A DNA stretch of 64,000 nucleotides from contig OZ024764.1 of the NCBI GenBank assembly GCA_964016885.1, forward strand, positions 23,870,001 to 23,934,000, in the 5' to 3' direction. Source of the DNA: Eledone cirrhosa (taxonomy: Eukaryota). Position 1 is the first letter of the stretch, and the number at the start of each line of letters is the position of its first letter. Below, piece by piece: positions 1 through 12,021 of this stretch. Made by a program: the position numbers and the translations under genes. Under the pieces are notes generated by a model, which worked only from the letters and a program-made list of their open reading frames with translations, had not been told where the DNA came from and ran no database searches.

Positions 1-277
1 GGTCACTGTTGGCAGCTGGCTTTACCGAAGTACCCGATGACTCTTGTGAGGGTACTTAGCTGTTCTGGCGGTTTAGCCTCCATGACATGATTTTACTGAG
101 ATACCCGGTCATCTCTGTCAGGGTACTTAGCTGTTCTGGCGGTTTAGCCTCCATATGACCCGATCTTACCGAGATACCCGGTGATCTCTGTCAGGGTACT
201 TAGCTGTTCTGGCAACTTAGCCCCCATATGACCCGATTTACCGAAGTACCCGGTGATCTCTGTAAGAGTACTTAGCT
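1..277. repeat. Minisatellite, ~72-bp unit, ~4 copies (runs off window start)
   Basis: ggtacttagctg-like core recurs at ~51, 122, 195, 267. Confidence 0.85.
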
Positions 278-930
278 GGGCATAGGTTAAGTTTTACGTC
301 CTCGAAAATGAAACTAGGTTTTCTGACAAGTGAATGTGTTTTTGTTTTTTTTTACAATGAAATTTACGATACACTCTTTGTTTATTTACAACAGGTCTCT
401 ATAGTGATATGGTGTTAATTAGTATTGCGTGTGTGATTATTTTCTCTTATATATATATGTGTGGGTGTGTATATGTGTGTATATATATGTGTGACTGTAT
501 GTATATATATATGTGTGTTTGTATATATATATGTGTTTGTGTCATCATCATCGTTTACATGTTTTTACCCAAATCCCTTATCATTCTCTGTCCTTCCTAT
601 GACCCGGCCTTAATTTGTTTATAGTTGGTGCCAACTTTGGCAAGATATTACAAAAACATCTAAACGATGATGATGACACAAACACATATATATATACAAA
701 CACACATATATATATATACATACAGACACACATATACACACCCACACATATATATATATAAGAAATAATAATCACACACGCAATACTAATTAACACCATA
801 TCACTATAGAGACCTGTTGTAAATAAACAAAGAGTGTATCGTAAATTTCATTGTAAAAAAAACAAAAAACACATTCACTTGTCAGAAAACCTAGTTTCAT
901 TTTCGAGGCCGTAAAACTTAACCTATGCCC
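278..930. mobile_element. Fold-back/MITE-like element with ~290-bp inverted arms and 6-bp TSD
   Basis: gggcataggttaagtttt...aaaacttaacctatgccc; arms ~278-567 and ~652-930; direct repeat ttagct at 272-277 and 931-936. Confidence 0.8.
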
Positions 931-1039
931 TTAGCTGTTCTATTTTAATTACATTTACTGATTTCAACTTTCATTTTTTTATTACAAACTTTACATAATT
1001 TAATTCCGTAAAAATATTTTACGTCACAAAAAAACATTG

Positions 1040-1151
1040 AAGCATGCGCAGTGGTGCAGTTGTCGACTTCCTGTCCACGTGTTAGTCTTCCTACAACAAC
1101 ATTTAGACAACATTTCTGTAAACACTAAACACCTGAGACTATAATGTAAGT
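1040..1151 (+). promoter_or_regulatory. Putative promoter and non-coding first exon of zinc-finger gene 1
   Basis: NRF1-like gcatgcgc (1042), ETS-like acttcctg (1066), E-box cacgtg (1076), splice donor gtaagt at 1146. Confidence 0.45.
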
Positions 1152-1683
1152 ATTATGTCTATTAATATTGTAGATTTAAGCTCACTTTTCACATCACAAA
1201 TATATATTTTCTTGTTTGTTTCATTACTGGAAATATAAAATGTTATCGTAATTATCTATATTTTACCTACCTCTAATTAATTAAAGTGAAAACTTTTGTT
1301 GTTGCTGAAAAATAAATTAACAAAACTAAATATTTAAATATTCTAAAGGTCGTTTTTATATTATGTGATGATATAATTAATATATTTTATTACAATTGTA
1401 TAAATTTACAGTAGAATAACGTTGTAAATATGTTTTAAATATATACATAAATAACATAGGTGTGTAAATAACATTATAAATTGCTGGCAATTCCTTGAGA
1501 AAGACATTACAAATATATTGTCTAAACTGTGTATAATAATATAATTTATTGAACAATAATGATAAAGGTAAGAAAAACACAGTGGGAGATGGCAATTGAC
1601 CACCAAGTGTGATAATAGGCCACACCTCACACCTTAGGGGTTAACTACACACTTTGAGGCAAGCCAACACACTGGCAGCATTA

Positions 1684-1962
1684 CTAAGGTGTTGAAATAA
1701 CCAGGTACCCTCACGGGTATCACCTGGTACCTCAGTAAGGTGAGGCTAAGGTGCTGAAATAACCAGGTACCCTCACGGGTATCACCTGCTACCTCGGTAA
1801 GGTGAGGCTAAGGATCTGAAATAACCAGGTACACTCACGGGTATCACCTGACACCTCGATAAGGTGAGTCTAAGGGGCTGAAATAACCAGGTACCCTCAC
1901 GGGTATCACCTGACACCTTGGTAAGGTGAGTCTAAGGGGCTGAAATAACCAGGTACCCTCAC
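1684..1962. repeat. Minisatellite, 62-bp unit, ~4.5 copies
   Basis: gaaataaccaggtaccctcacgggtatcacc recurs at 1694, 1756, ...; paralogous copy at ~63840-63950. Confidence 0.9.
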
Positions 1963-2320
1963 GGAAACGACTAGATTTGTAGAAAAAGTAGGGTAAAAGT
2001 ATACGAAGAGATGTAGTTTCACAGATCTACTCACACCTCACGTTGGGTGGGAAATAATTATTTTTCTGAGATTTTTTTCTAGACCCCTTTTCAATATTTT
2101 CTCTGAACCCCTTAGATACTTGCAATAGACGTTTTATTCCCCAGTATTAGGGTTAGGGTTTCCATTTTCAGGAAGAAAAGTCGATTGCAAACATCTAAGC
2201 GGTCGAGAAATAAAATTAAGGAAAGATAATTATTTCCCAGCCAACTGGAGAAGTGTGTAGCTCTTCTAAACTCTGATAATCCTGTCTCCCACTTCTTTAT
2301 CTACAAATCTAGTCGTTTCC
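1963..2320. mobile_element. Palindromic MITE with central TTAGGG repeats
   Basis: TIR ggaaacgactagatttgtaga / tctacaaatctagtcgtttcc; internal imperfect symmetry; ttagggttaggg at ~2147. Confidence 0.75.
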
Positions 2321-2464
2321 TGCTACTTTGAAGGCCCTATTTATTGATAACACCACTTGTAAATCTTTGTCAACTTTTCATACGTAAATTGTGAATCAGT
2401 TATTTTTAAACAAACTATCAAAGAAGTGATCTCACAGTAACTGTGTTTGATTTAATCAACTTAT

Positions 2465-2665
2465 TTCCCCCAAACATTGTCGACCTTGTGTCTCAATCAG
2501 AAACTATTATAAGATCTTAAATCAACCCCGTAAAGATGAAGGGCAAAGCTAACCTCGGCGGGATTTCAACCCTTTATGTTATGAGTTCAAATCCCACCAA
2601 AGTTAACTTTGTCTTTCATTCTAAAGGAGTGGATAAATTAAAGTTCCAGTAATCTACTGGGGTCT
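2465..2665. mobile_element. Degenerate SINE fragments (Nin/Deu-domain-like) in both orientations
   Basis: gagttcaaatcccaccaaagttaactttgtctttcatt...gataaattaaagttccagt resembles the copies at 16250 and 17730. Confidence 0.5.
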
Positions 2666-2853
2666 GAGATATTAAGGTTTGAGTAGATTCTATCTTTTTG
2701 TGTGTTTGTATTTATAATCTTACTAGAACACCTATGACCTGTTGGGTCACGTTCCCTTTAAAAATAATATTTAAATAATTAAAATGTACACAGACATGTA
2801 TATAATGTAAAATGAAATTAGTAGGCCCATGTATATATATATGCGTGTGTGTT

Positions 2854-2903
<50 letters not shown>

Positions 2904-3319
2904 CACACACGTCACTTGTTATAATTTTATAACTTTGTTCAACAGCACCACCAGCTATCTCTCTCACACACACCCATTATCTTTCTCTCTCTATTTATAA
3001 AGGTACCAGAAAAACCCCATATCTCGGGAACCTGTGCATTGATTTACGTGAAACTTATTTTATCCCATCTGTATTCCCATTTGAGGGTCAACTTCCTTTC
3101 AAACTATTTTCCCGTTATGCCCCGTTTTGGCTGTATTACATTACAGACAAGACACAATCACAAAGTTTTAGGTTTATAATGTTATAGTATCATGATAGGG
3201 TAATACAGTTATTTATAGACCTGTGGTAAATGTTGGTTCAGTCCACCCTGGGGGTGTAAGTGTTGGTTCAGTCTACCCTGAGGGGTGTCAGTGTTGGTCA
3301 ATGATAACCTTTATAACTA

Positions 3320-3722
3320 GAGGCCTGTTGGTGAGGACAAGCTGGAAGTGGTGACATCTTTCTGCTACCTGTGTGACATGTCAGCTGGAAGTGGAGCCAA
3401 GTTCACTGCCATCGTGCTGTGCCACTCCACAGGTAACAAGTTTAGGCAGCTTCTCCTAATCCTCAAGACATGCTGGCTACCATTAGTCACCATGGGGCAG
3501 ATTTATAACACCTGTGGGAGAAGTGTGTTTCATGCCAGCGAGACCTGGGCCATGTTATCTGACTGTCTGAATTGACTCTGAAGAAATGACAGAGCTATGA
3601 TCCACTGGATGTGTAGTGTGACCATTGAGGATGATGTCAGCTCAACTGAGCTCCTAAAAAAACTGCTGATCGACAACCTCAAGGATGTGTTTCACAGGAA
3701 ACACATGCACTGGTATGGCCAT
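3320..3722 (+). mobile_element. RTE-clade LINE 3' ORF fragment
   Basis: VVTSFCYLCD...FHASETWA matches the post-RT region of the RTE copy at 61041-61979. Confidence 0.7.
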
Positions 3723-6325
3723 GTTGTGCATTCTCTCTCAACTCATCTATGCTTGGTCGTTGATGCACATTGACATTGCACATCCAAGGGAGCATACTTG
3801 CTTCATTTCTCTCCAGCCATCGCATATCCTCCACAGTTGCTGTCCATGTCTCACTACCGTACAGCATCACACATCTCACGCAGGCATCACCAGCCATTCG
3901 TTCTTAGGGAGAAACCCTTCTTTGTCAACAGAGCAAGCAGCTCCCTAAACGTCTCCCAACCCGTCCTTATTCTATATACTATGGCCTCTGAGCACCCTCC
4001 TCCCATGCTAATCTGATCACCTAGGTATCGGAAGCTATCAACCACCTCTGTAGATCCTTTCTGCACTTGAAAAATGTGTCTATCAATGCGACTTCTACTG
4101 TCAAATTTCCCTGTACCTCTACTGCATATGTAGTTTTCCTGCTATCCCACTACATTTCTTGTGTACCCAAAATCTGCATTGTGTACATTATAGAATTTAT
4201 GCCAGTTCCTTTTCTACATATTGAAAAAGGCCATTTCCCTGATGGAATGACAGTTTTGTCCTCTTTTCTACTCAACACATTTGTCTTAGCTAGGTTCACT
4301 CTCAGTCCTCTTGCTTCCAACTGCTGTTGCAATAGCCAGAATTTATGCTCTAGCTCCGCTACTGATTCTGCTATAAGAACCACATCGTCAGCCTAGAGAA
4401 GTTCCCATGGGCAGCCAGTCTTAAACTCCTCTTTTATGGCTTGGAGGCCTATAATAAACAAGGGCGGGCTGAGGACCGACCCTGATGTACTCCTACTTGT
4501 ATCTGGAATTCCTTATTAAACTCCATGCCTACCCTCACTTTACTGACACCACCTCTGTACATAGCTTGCATTGTCCTCACAAACTATTCCTCTACACCTA
4601 GTTTCCTTAGGGACCACCAGATGACAGATTGGGGTACTCTATCAAAGGCCTTTTCTAGGTGAACAAAAGCTAAGTATAGTGGTTTATTCTTCTCTAAGAA
4701 CCTCTCTAGTAGTTGTCTCACTAAGAAGAGGGCATCTGTTTGACCCTTTCTCTAAGTTGCGCTAGTATTCTTTCTGTCACTTTCATAACCTGATCCATCA
4801 GTTTTATACCCCTATAATTACTCCCCTCCAGAACATCCCCTTTACCTTTACCTCAATTTATGAGAATACTGCTGCACCAGTCTTTGGGTATGACACCACC
4901 ATTTATAGCTTGATTAATGATGCATGCAACCAGTTTACTTCCTACATCCCCTGATGCCTTCAGCATCTCAGCAACTATCCCCAACAGTCCAGCAGACCTC
5001 CATTTTTCCTTTCCTTAATTACTCTTGGACCCTATAGTCGTCAATCTCAATAGCTGGTCCTTCTGTCGGGTCTACCTTCAGTAGACCCGACATTTCCAGG
5101 CCTCCCTTTTTTTATCATTCGTGACACTAAGTACATCGGCATCATCCCGGACACATTTATCTCCAACAACATCCTGATTTGCACTGACACACTGCCTTGC
5201 AATGTGGAACACTGCACGCCTCTGATCTTCCCGTCGCAGAACATTGGCAAACCTCCTACGCTCGGCCTCCCTGCGTGCTAAGTAGACCTGACATCTAGCT
5301 TCTCTCTTAGTGGCTGTGTATCGGTCTCTACCCCTACAATTTTTCCAAACATTCCATGCTAGTCTTTTGTCTCTAATGGCTCTATCTACCGTGCTGTTCC
5401 ACCACCAGGTCACTCTCTGTCTGGTTGGAGCTCTGCTCCAGCCACAAGTTTTATGAGTAACCTGCAGTAAGTTGTCACATAAGAAATTCCAGTTATCATC
5501 TATGTCATACGACTGTAAAACGTCTTCTTTTTCATCATACACATCTTGAAGGGCTTGCCTAAATTTATATTTTAGTGAAAGGTCTTTTAGTTTCTAGACC
5601 TTCCTTTTTCACACCTTCTTGTATGTCTCTCTTTGTCTCTTGCTTACTGAGATGTCACTAACGACTAACCTATGTTGGGGGGTTACATTGTTCCCTGTGG
5701 TATGCCTTAGTATTTGACACCATCTATCTGTCTTACTCCCTAACTAGCAAGAAGTCAATCTGTCTCATGTGCTCACCTGATTGGTAGGTTATTAGGTGGT
5801 TGGTAGGTTTCTTAAAGTGTTGCAAATGGTTAGTTCACTTGCATCACAAAATACAAGAAGCCTCACTCCTTCTTCATTTCTTGAGCCATAACCATGACCT
5901 CCATGTACCCCAGTGTATCCATCCTGGAGCTGTCCAACATGACTATTGAAGTCCCCTGCTATTATAACTAGATCTCTGTCCTCTGTCATTGTGGTTATCT
6001 CTACTTATTCCTTTTCTACATATGGAGCAGGGCCACTTTCCTGAAGGGGTCAGGGTCTTCTCTCCTATCCATTACCACTTTAGTTTTGGCTAATATATTC
6101 TCAGAACTTACCATTTCAAATTCTATATCTATAGCTGGTCATCTACATAGAGAAGTTTCCATAGACAGCCAGTCTTAAACCTCTCTGTTATGGCTTGGAG
6201 AACTATGATGAAAAACAGTGGGCTAAGAACTAAACCATGATGAACTCCTACCTGTACATTCAATTCCTCACTAAACACACTTTACTGACAGCTTCTCACA
6301 AGCCATTCTTCTACACCTAATTTCC
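3723..6325 (-). mobile_element. Degenerate RTE-clade LINE (APE + RT, many stops and frameshifts)
   Basis: AGDFNSHVG/GYGSRNEEG (APE), TWWWN, GLRVNLAKT, LYGSETW in successive minus-strand ORF pieces. Confidence 0.85.
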
Positions 6326-6418
6326 TTAACCCTTTAGTATATAAACTGGCCAGAGATAAAGCATTTACTGTGAAAATATAATAGTAAATATAGAGTAATG
6401 TGAATACTAAAGGGTTAA
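6326..6418. mobile_element. Small piggyBac-type MITE
   Basis: TTAA|ccctttagta ... tactaaaggg|TTAA; related internal sequence in reverse at ~63955-64000. Confidence 0.75.
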
Positions 6419-6985
6419 TCTAATGTCACTAATAACTACTTTTATCAGTCAGTATAATATAATGTCACTAATAACTACTTTTATCAGTCAGTATAATATA
6501 ATGTCACTAATAACTACTTTTATCAGTCAGTTTAATCTAATGTCACTAATAACTACTTTTATCAGTCAGTTTAATCTAATGTCACTAATAACTACTTTTA
6601 TCAGTCAGTTTAATCTAATGTCACTAATAACTACTTTTATCAGTCAGTTTAATCTAATGTCACTAATAACTACTTTTATCAGTCAGTTTAATCTAATGTC
6701 ACTAATAACTACTTTTATCAGTCAGTTTAATCTAATGTCACTAATAACTACTTTTATCAGTCAGTTTAATCTAATGTCACTAATAACTACTTTTATCAGT
6801 CAGTTTAATCTAATGTCACTAATAACTACTTTTATCAGTCAGTTTAATCTAATGTCACTAATAACTACTTTTATCAGTCAGTTTAATCTAATGTCACTAA
6901 TAACTACTTTTATCAGTCAGTTTAATCTAATCTCACTAATAACTACTTTTATCAGTCAGTTTAATCTACTGCCACTAATAACTAA
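6417..6985. repeat. Minisatellite, 39-bp unit, ~14.5 copies
   Basis: aatctaatgtcactaataactacttttatcagtcagttt in tandem. Confidence 0.95.
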
Positions 6986-7111
6986 CCTATGTTAGGCAGC
7001 ACATTCTTCACTAAGGAAGGCCTTAGTATTTATTACAGTCCATTTATCAATATAGAAATATTATATGAAATTTGTACTGATGTATTACAAGTTTCTGAGT
7101 ATCTTATAATG

Positions 7112-7128
7112 TTCTTTTATTATTTCAG
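7112..7128 (+). promoter_or_regulatory. Splice acceptor of the zinc-finger exon (gene 1)
   Basis: ttcttttattatttcag|aataccagatgacattgg; same junction at 23674 (tttcag|aatatcagatgacattgg). Confidence 0.6.
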
Positions 7129-7944
7129 AATACCAGATGACATTGGCATTAAAGAGCACGTTACATCAGACATATCCTCAACATTAACCATTTCCAATGA
7201 AAGACACTACCCATCATTTTCAAATAATTTTGAAAACACTCCACACTTTGAAGGGATTTAGTAATATAACTAAATTTCTCAGTATTAAGCTGCTATTTGG
7301 AACATAACTTTGCACAATTTCATGAAGTTATAATGGAAAGTTTTTAGATAAATATAAAGACTGATATGAAAAGGATAAAACACTTTTATATCAGTTGTTT
7401 CATCAACACCATTTTTTAAAGACTAAAGGAAGCTGTTATACAGAACAGATACAACCTTGTTTATATAAATCTATGGGAGAAATACTGGGAAATATTTCTT
7501 GTAAACTTAATAACACTTCTATTCTTTGCTGTCTGGAATATGTAGAAGATACAAAATAAATCTGAAGAAATTTACACATGATTTTGTAAGATCTTCATAT
7601 ATTGACAAAGATGATTGTAGATGGAACTACAGGAGTAGAAATATTTCCATTATTACAGGAATAACTAATCAAATGAAGACCAGAAAAATTAGATTCTTCA
7701 CTGTCTGGAATATGTACAAGATGATTTTATATGTATATTAAACTTGAAGAGATCTACAAAACAGTTTGTATCATCTTTAAATATAAAGAAAGACCAAAGT
7801 TGATGGAAATATATCTGGAGGAATATGTTTTAGGAATAATATTATAAACATAAAGAAGAAAAATATCCATATATTGACAGGAGAAAAATATTAAAACTGA
7901 ATTATGTGAGAAACTGAGGTAATTGATATCTTTTAGTAGGAGAT

Positions 7945-8763
7945 ATGTCGAAAAATATAGTAAAATCACCATTCCACTGTGATATCTGTGGTAAATCATT
8001 CAATAAACGTAGTACCTTAACTACTCACAAAGTTATACATACAGGAGACAAGCCATATCACTGTGATATCTGTGGTAAAACATTCCCTCAAAGTGATGCG
8101 TTAACTAGCCACAAACGTACCCATACAGGAGAGAAGCCATATTACTGTGATATCTGTGGTAAATCATTCTCTCAAAGTAGTACCTTAACTGGACACAAAC
8201 GTACCCATACAAGAGACAAGCCATATCACTGTGATATCTGTGGTATATCATTCTCTGTAAGTGGTACCTTAACTACCCACAAACGAATACATACAGGAGA
8301 CAAGCCATATCACTGTGATATCTGTGGTAGAACATTCCCTCAAAGTGATGCATTAACTAGCCACAAACATACCCATACAGGAGACAAGCCATATCACTGT
8401 GATATCTGTGGTAAATCATTCTCTCAAAGTAGTACCTTAACTAAACACAAACGTACCCATACAAGAGACAAGCCATATCACTGTGATATCTGGGGTATAT
8501 CATTCTCTGTAAGTGGTACCTTAACTAAACACAAACGTATACATACAGGAGACAAGCCATATCACTGTGATATCTGTGGTAAATCATTCTCTCAAAGTAG
8601 TAACTTAACTCGCCACAAACGTACCCATATAGGAGAGAAGCCATATCACTGTGATATCTGTGGTATATCATTCTCTGGGAAAAGTAGCCTAACTAGTCAC
8701 AACCATTTACATACAGGTGACAAGCCATACCACTGTGATCATCATCATCATCATCAGGTTTAG
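7945..8763 (+). CDS. C2H2 zinc-finger protein (9 fingers, one C->W), truncated by a retroposon insertion; possibly a pseudogene
   Basis: Tandem [10 protein letters not shown]-x5-LT-x-H-x3-HTGDKP units; reads into the (CAT)n of the insert and stops. Confidence 0.85.
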   Translation: MSKNIVKSPFHCDICGKSFNKRSTLTTHKVIHTGDKPYHCDICGKTFPQSDALTSHKRTHTGEKPYYCDICGKSFSQSSTLTGHKRTHTRDKPYHCDICGISFSVSGTLTTHKRIHTGDKPYHCDICGRTFPQSDALTSHKHTHTGDKPYHCDICGKSFSQSSTLTKHKRTHTRDKPYHCDIWGISFSVSGTLTKHKRIHTGDKPYHCDICGKSFSQSSNLTRHKRTHIGEKPYHCDICGISFSGKSSLTSHNHLHTGDKPYHCDHHHHHQV

Positions 8764-9035
8764 CGTCCGTGTTCCACGCTTGCATGGGTTTGGATGGGGG
8801 TTTTCCCACTTGAGGCAAGAGTGGTTGTCTTGCTCGCATAGGACTGTCTGGCGGGTTTTCTACAGTTGGATGCCCTTCCTAACACCAACCACATTTACAG
8901 TGTGGGGCTGGGAGGTTTTTACCGTGTTGCCTACACGGCTACATTTACAGCGTGGACTGTGTGTTTTTTTGTTGTGACACCTACACGATCTCATTTGTTT
9001 CGGCCTGGATGTTGTGGGACCAACATAACTTTACA
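8740..9035 (-). mobile_element. RTE LINE 3'-UTR fragment inserted in the finger array
   Basis: (cat)n tail, similarity to 60690-60960, tgtgat duplicated at 8734-8739 and 9036-9041. Confidence 0.85.
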
Positions 9036-9370
9036 TGTGATATCTGTGGTAAATCATTCTCTGTAAATAGTACCATAACTAGACACAAACTTATATACAG
9101 GAGACAAGCCATACCACTGTGACATCTGTGGTAAATCATTCTCTCAAAGTAGTCACTTAACTTCCCCAAAACTTATACATACAGGAGACAAGCCATTTCA
9201 ATGTGATATCTGTAGTAAATCATTCTCTAATAGTAGTACCCTAACTAGACACAAACGTTCCCATAGAGGAGAAAAGCCATACCACTGTGATATCTGTGGT
9301 AAATCATTCTCTCGAAGTGGTACCTTAACTAGCCACAAACGTACCCATACAGGAGACAAGCCATATCATA
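9036..9370 (+). pseudogene. Disconnected C2H2 fingers (4) downstream of the insertion
   Basis: 84-bp finger units with an apparent 2-nt deletion and an H->P change. Confidence 0.8.
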
Positions 9371-9689
9371 CATGTTTGGAAAATATATCTTTTAATGCAG
9401 CAATTTAACTTAATATATGCATAGATGTGGGAAACCATATCATCATCATCATCATTTTACGACCGCCTTTTCCTGCTTTCAAGGGTGGGATGGGTCCTAT
9501 TCAGCAACGCATCTCTCCACATGTCGCGGTCCTTCATCATCTCCACCGTGAGCTTCAAACGTCTGCTCTCGCCACCTCCACCCATGTAAATTATTTTCTA
9601 ATTTTGGTTTCACTAAACACTAACATATACCTGAGAGGAACCAGATCATTAACTACACATAAACATATACATACAGCTGGGAAGCCATT

Positions 9690-10040
9690 TCACTTTGATA
9701 TATTTGGTAAATCCTTCTCTAAATGTTGTGGCTTCACTACACACTAACATACAGGAAAGGAACTATATCACCGTGATGTCTGTGCTAAATAATTCTCTAA
9801 ATGTTGTGGCTTCCCTACACACTAACATACAGGAAAGGAACTATATCACCGTGATGTCTGTGCTAAATAATTCTCTAAATGTTGTGGCTTCACTACACAT
9901 TAACACATACAGGAGAGGAACTATATCACTGTGGTGTCTGTGCTAAATAATTCTCTAAATGTTGTGGCTTCCCTACACAGTAACACATACAGGAGAGGAA
10001 CTATATCACTGTGGTGTCTGTGATAAATAATTCTCTTGTA
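9690..10040 (+). repeat. 79-bp tandem repeat derived from the zinc-finger unit (3' UTR)
   Basis: ctctaaatgttgtggcttc...acatacagga..ggaactatatcac.gtg.tgtctgtg at a period of 79; paralog at 26420-26830. Confidence 0.8.
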
Positions 10041-10131
10041 AAGGTTACTTGATGCAACTCAAACACAATCAGACAAGATAAAAACCATGTCACTCACCTA
10101 AAATAGTGCCACCAATGTTGTTAATATCTTG

Positions 10132-10137
10132 AATAAA
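10132..10137 (+). terminator. Candidate polyadenylation signal of zinc-finger gene 1
   Basis: AATAAA conserved in the paralog at 26924-26929, T-rich downstream. Confidence 0.4.
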
Positions 10138-10305
10138 ACTGTTTTACTAAGAAATTATTCTCCTTTCATTTTATTTGTAGAAGTTTTAACCAAGACTTGT
10201 ACTGACAAAACTGTATTGTTCAGAATTGACATACGTTATATATATGTGAATGTTTGTGTGTAGAAATTTGTGTCCATGTGTATGTTTGAATATAAGTATC
10301 TGCAT

Positions 10306-10650
10306 ATCATCATCATCATCATCATCATTTTACGTCCGCTTTTCCCTGCTTGCAAGGGTGGGAGTGAACTGATTCTGGCTTGATTTCTACAGCTGGATGC
10401 CCTTCCTAACACCAACCTCATTTACAGAGAGTGCTGTGTGCTTTTTTGCCGTGGCACCTCCACGACCAATTTGCAGTGGAATGATATGGACCCCAGTCCC
10501 TATCATCTCATTTCTACAGCTGAGTAAACGGGAGCAATGTGAAATAAAGTGACTTGCTCAACGAAACAACACATCACACTGTGTGAGAATTGAACTCACA
10601 ACCTTTCGATTGCAAGGCCAATGCTCTAACCACTAAGCCATGTGCCTCCA
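10306..10650 (-). mobile_element. tRNA-derived SINE with RTE-type (TGA)n tail
   Basis: Reverse complement of the family at 41782-42124. Confidence 0.85.
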
Positions 10651-10699
10651 CTGTGCATATTTGTATTTGATTTATTTATCATGTATGTGTGTATATGTA

Positions 10700-11230
10700 C
10701 GTCATCTTCATCAACATCATCACTGTTTTTATGTTCGTTTTTCTATGCTTCCTTGGGTTGGACATGTCCTTCTCAACATGGAATCTTTCAACTTGTCGTG
10801 TTCCTTTGTCATCTCCTCTGTGAGAGTCAGTCATTTGAAGTCAGTTCACACAGCCTCTGTCCAGGTCTTTCTTGGTCTACCTCTACTATGGCTTCCTTCT
10901 ACTGGGATGTCCTGGCACTTGTTCACCCAGCTGTCATTATCCATGTGTATCACATGTCCATACCAATGCAGTCTTCTCTCTTACACATCTCTTAAGATCC
11001 CTCTTAAACCCAGGTTCTCCCTCAACTTGTCCAAGCTCTGCCTTTCTCTCACACTTAAATGGCACATCCAATGAAGCATGGTTGCTTCATTTCTCTCCAG
11101 TCTACACTTTTTTTCTGCTGTCACAACCCTTGTTTCACTACCATGCAGCATCATATTTTATTGGCAGGTGTTATACAGTCATCCTCCACTGCTAATTAAG
11201 TCACAGAAGCTATCAACCACTTCTATGTGT
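10700..11230 (-). mobile_element. RTE LINE 3' fragment (paralog at ~27145-27670)
   Basis: Antisense RLHWYGHV/GRPRKTW-like coding remnant plus catcat tail. Confidence 0.7.
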
Positions 11231-11420
11231 GTATAATTACTTGTGTATCCTTATGTGTTTGCTAATACTATCTATAGGTCACAACTCCAGGTAGAAGGAG
11301 CAACGTGAAATAAAGTATCTTGCTCAAGGACACATCACCCGGTCCAAGAATTGAACTCACAACCTTTCAATTACAAGCCCAATGCTCTAACCACTGAGCC
11401 ATATATATTATATATATATT

Positions 11421-11616
11421 ACTAGCAGAATGGCCTGGAGATCGCTAAATCACCTAATGCGGTCCCTAAGGCATTGAAAATTTGAAATTGTTTTTTCTCA
11501 AAACACTCACAGGACCATAAGTATTATATGTGTAAAGGTTAAAAACAGTCGGTTGGGTGGTTCTTGAGTTTTAGGTAGTCAGACAGACATACATTCTCTG
11601 TTTTAGATATATAGAT
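11421..11616 (-). mobile_element. Non-autonomous Helitron-like element (paralog at ~28091-28262)
   Basis: Minus strand begins atctatatatct and ends ...ctgctagt (TC...CTAG) inside TA runs. Confidence 0.55.
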
Positions 11617-11694
11617 ATATATATTATATTATATGATATATATATATTATATTATATATATATATATTATATATAATATATATTGTATATATAT

Positions 11695-11921
11695 CAACCC
11701 ACTCTGTAAAGTGGACATGTAGGCAGCATGGAAGAAAAGTACCCAGCACCCACTGTAAATGAGGTTGGTGTTAGGAAGGGCATCCAGCTGTAGAAATCAA
11801 GCCAAAATCAGTTCCCGTATGAGCAAGACAAGGTCAGCCAACCGGACACTGCCCACAACAGGACAACCCGTCTAACCCATGCTAGCATAGAAGAACGGAC
11901 GTAAAACAGTGATGATAATGA
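11695..11921 (+). mobile_element. RTE LINE 3'-UTR fragment
   Basis: gtaaatgaggttggtgttaggaagggcatccagctgtagaaa ... gatgataatgat. Confidence 0.75.
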
Positions 11922-11934
11922 TATATATATATAC

Positions 11935-11968
<34 letters not shown>

Positions 11969-12021
11969 GTATATTATTATATATATAATATATATATATA
12001 AATACCATATATGTATATATA

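Noticed and set aside
2147-2161. Interstitial telomere or fusion site
   Set aside because: Only two hexamers, inside a MITE
6423-6995. 190-aa MSLITTFISQFNL repeat protein
   Set aside because: 39-bp minisatellite whose unit is a multiple of 3, upstream of the splice acceptor; no coding evidence
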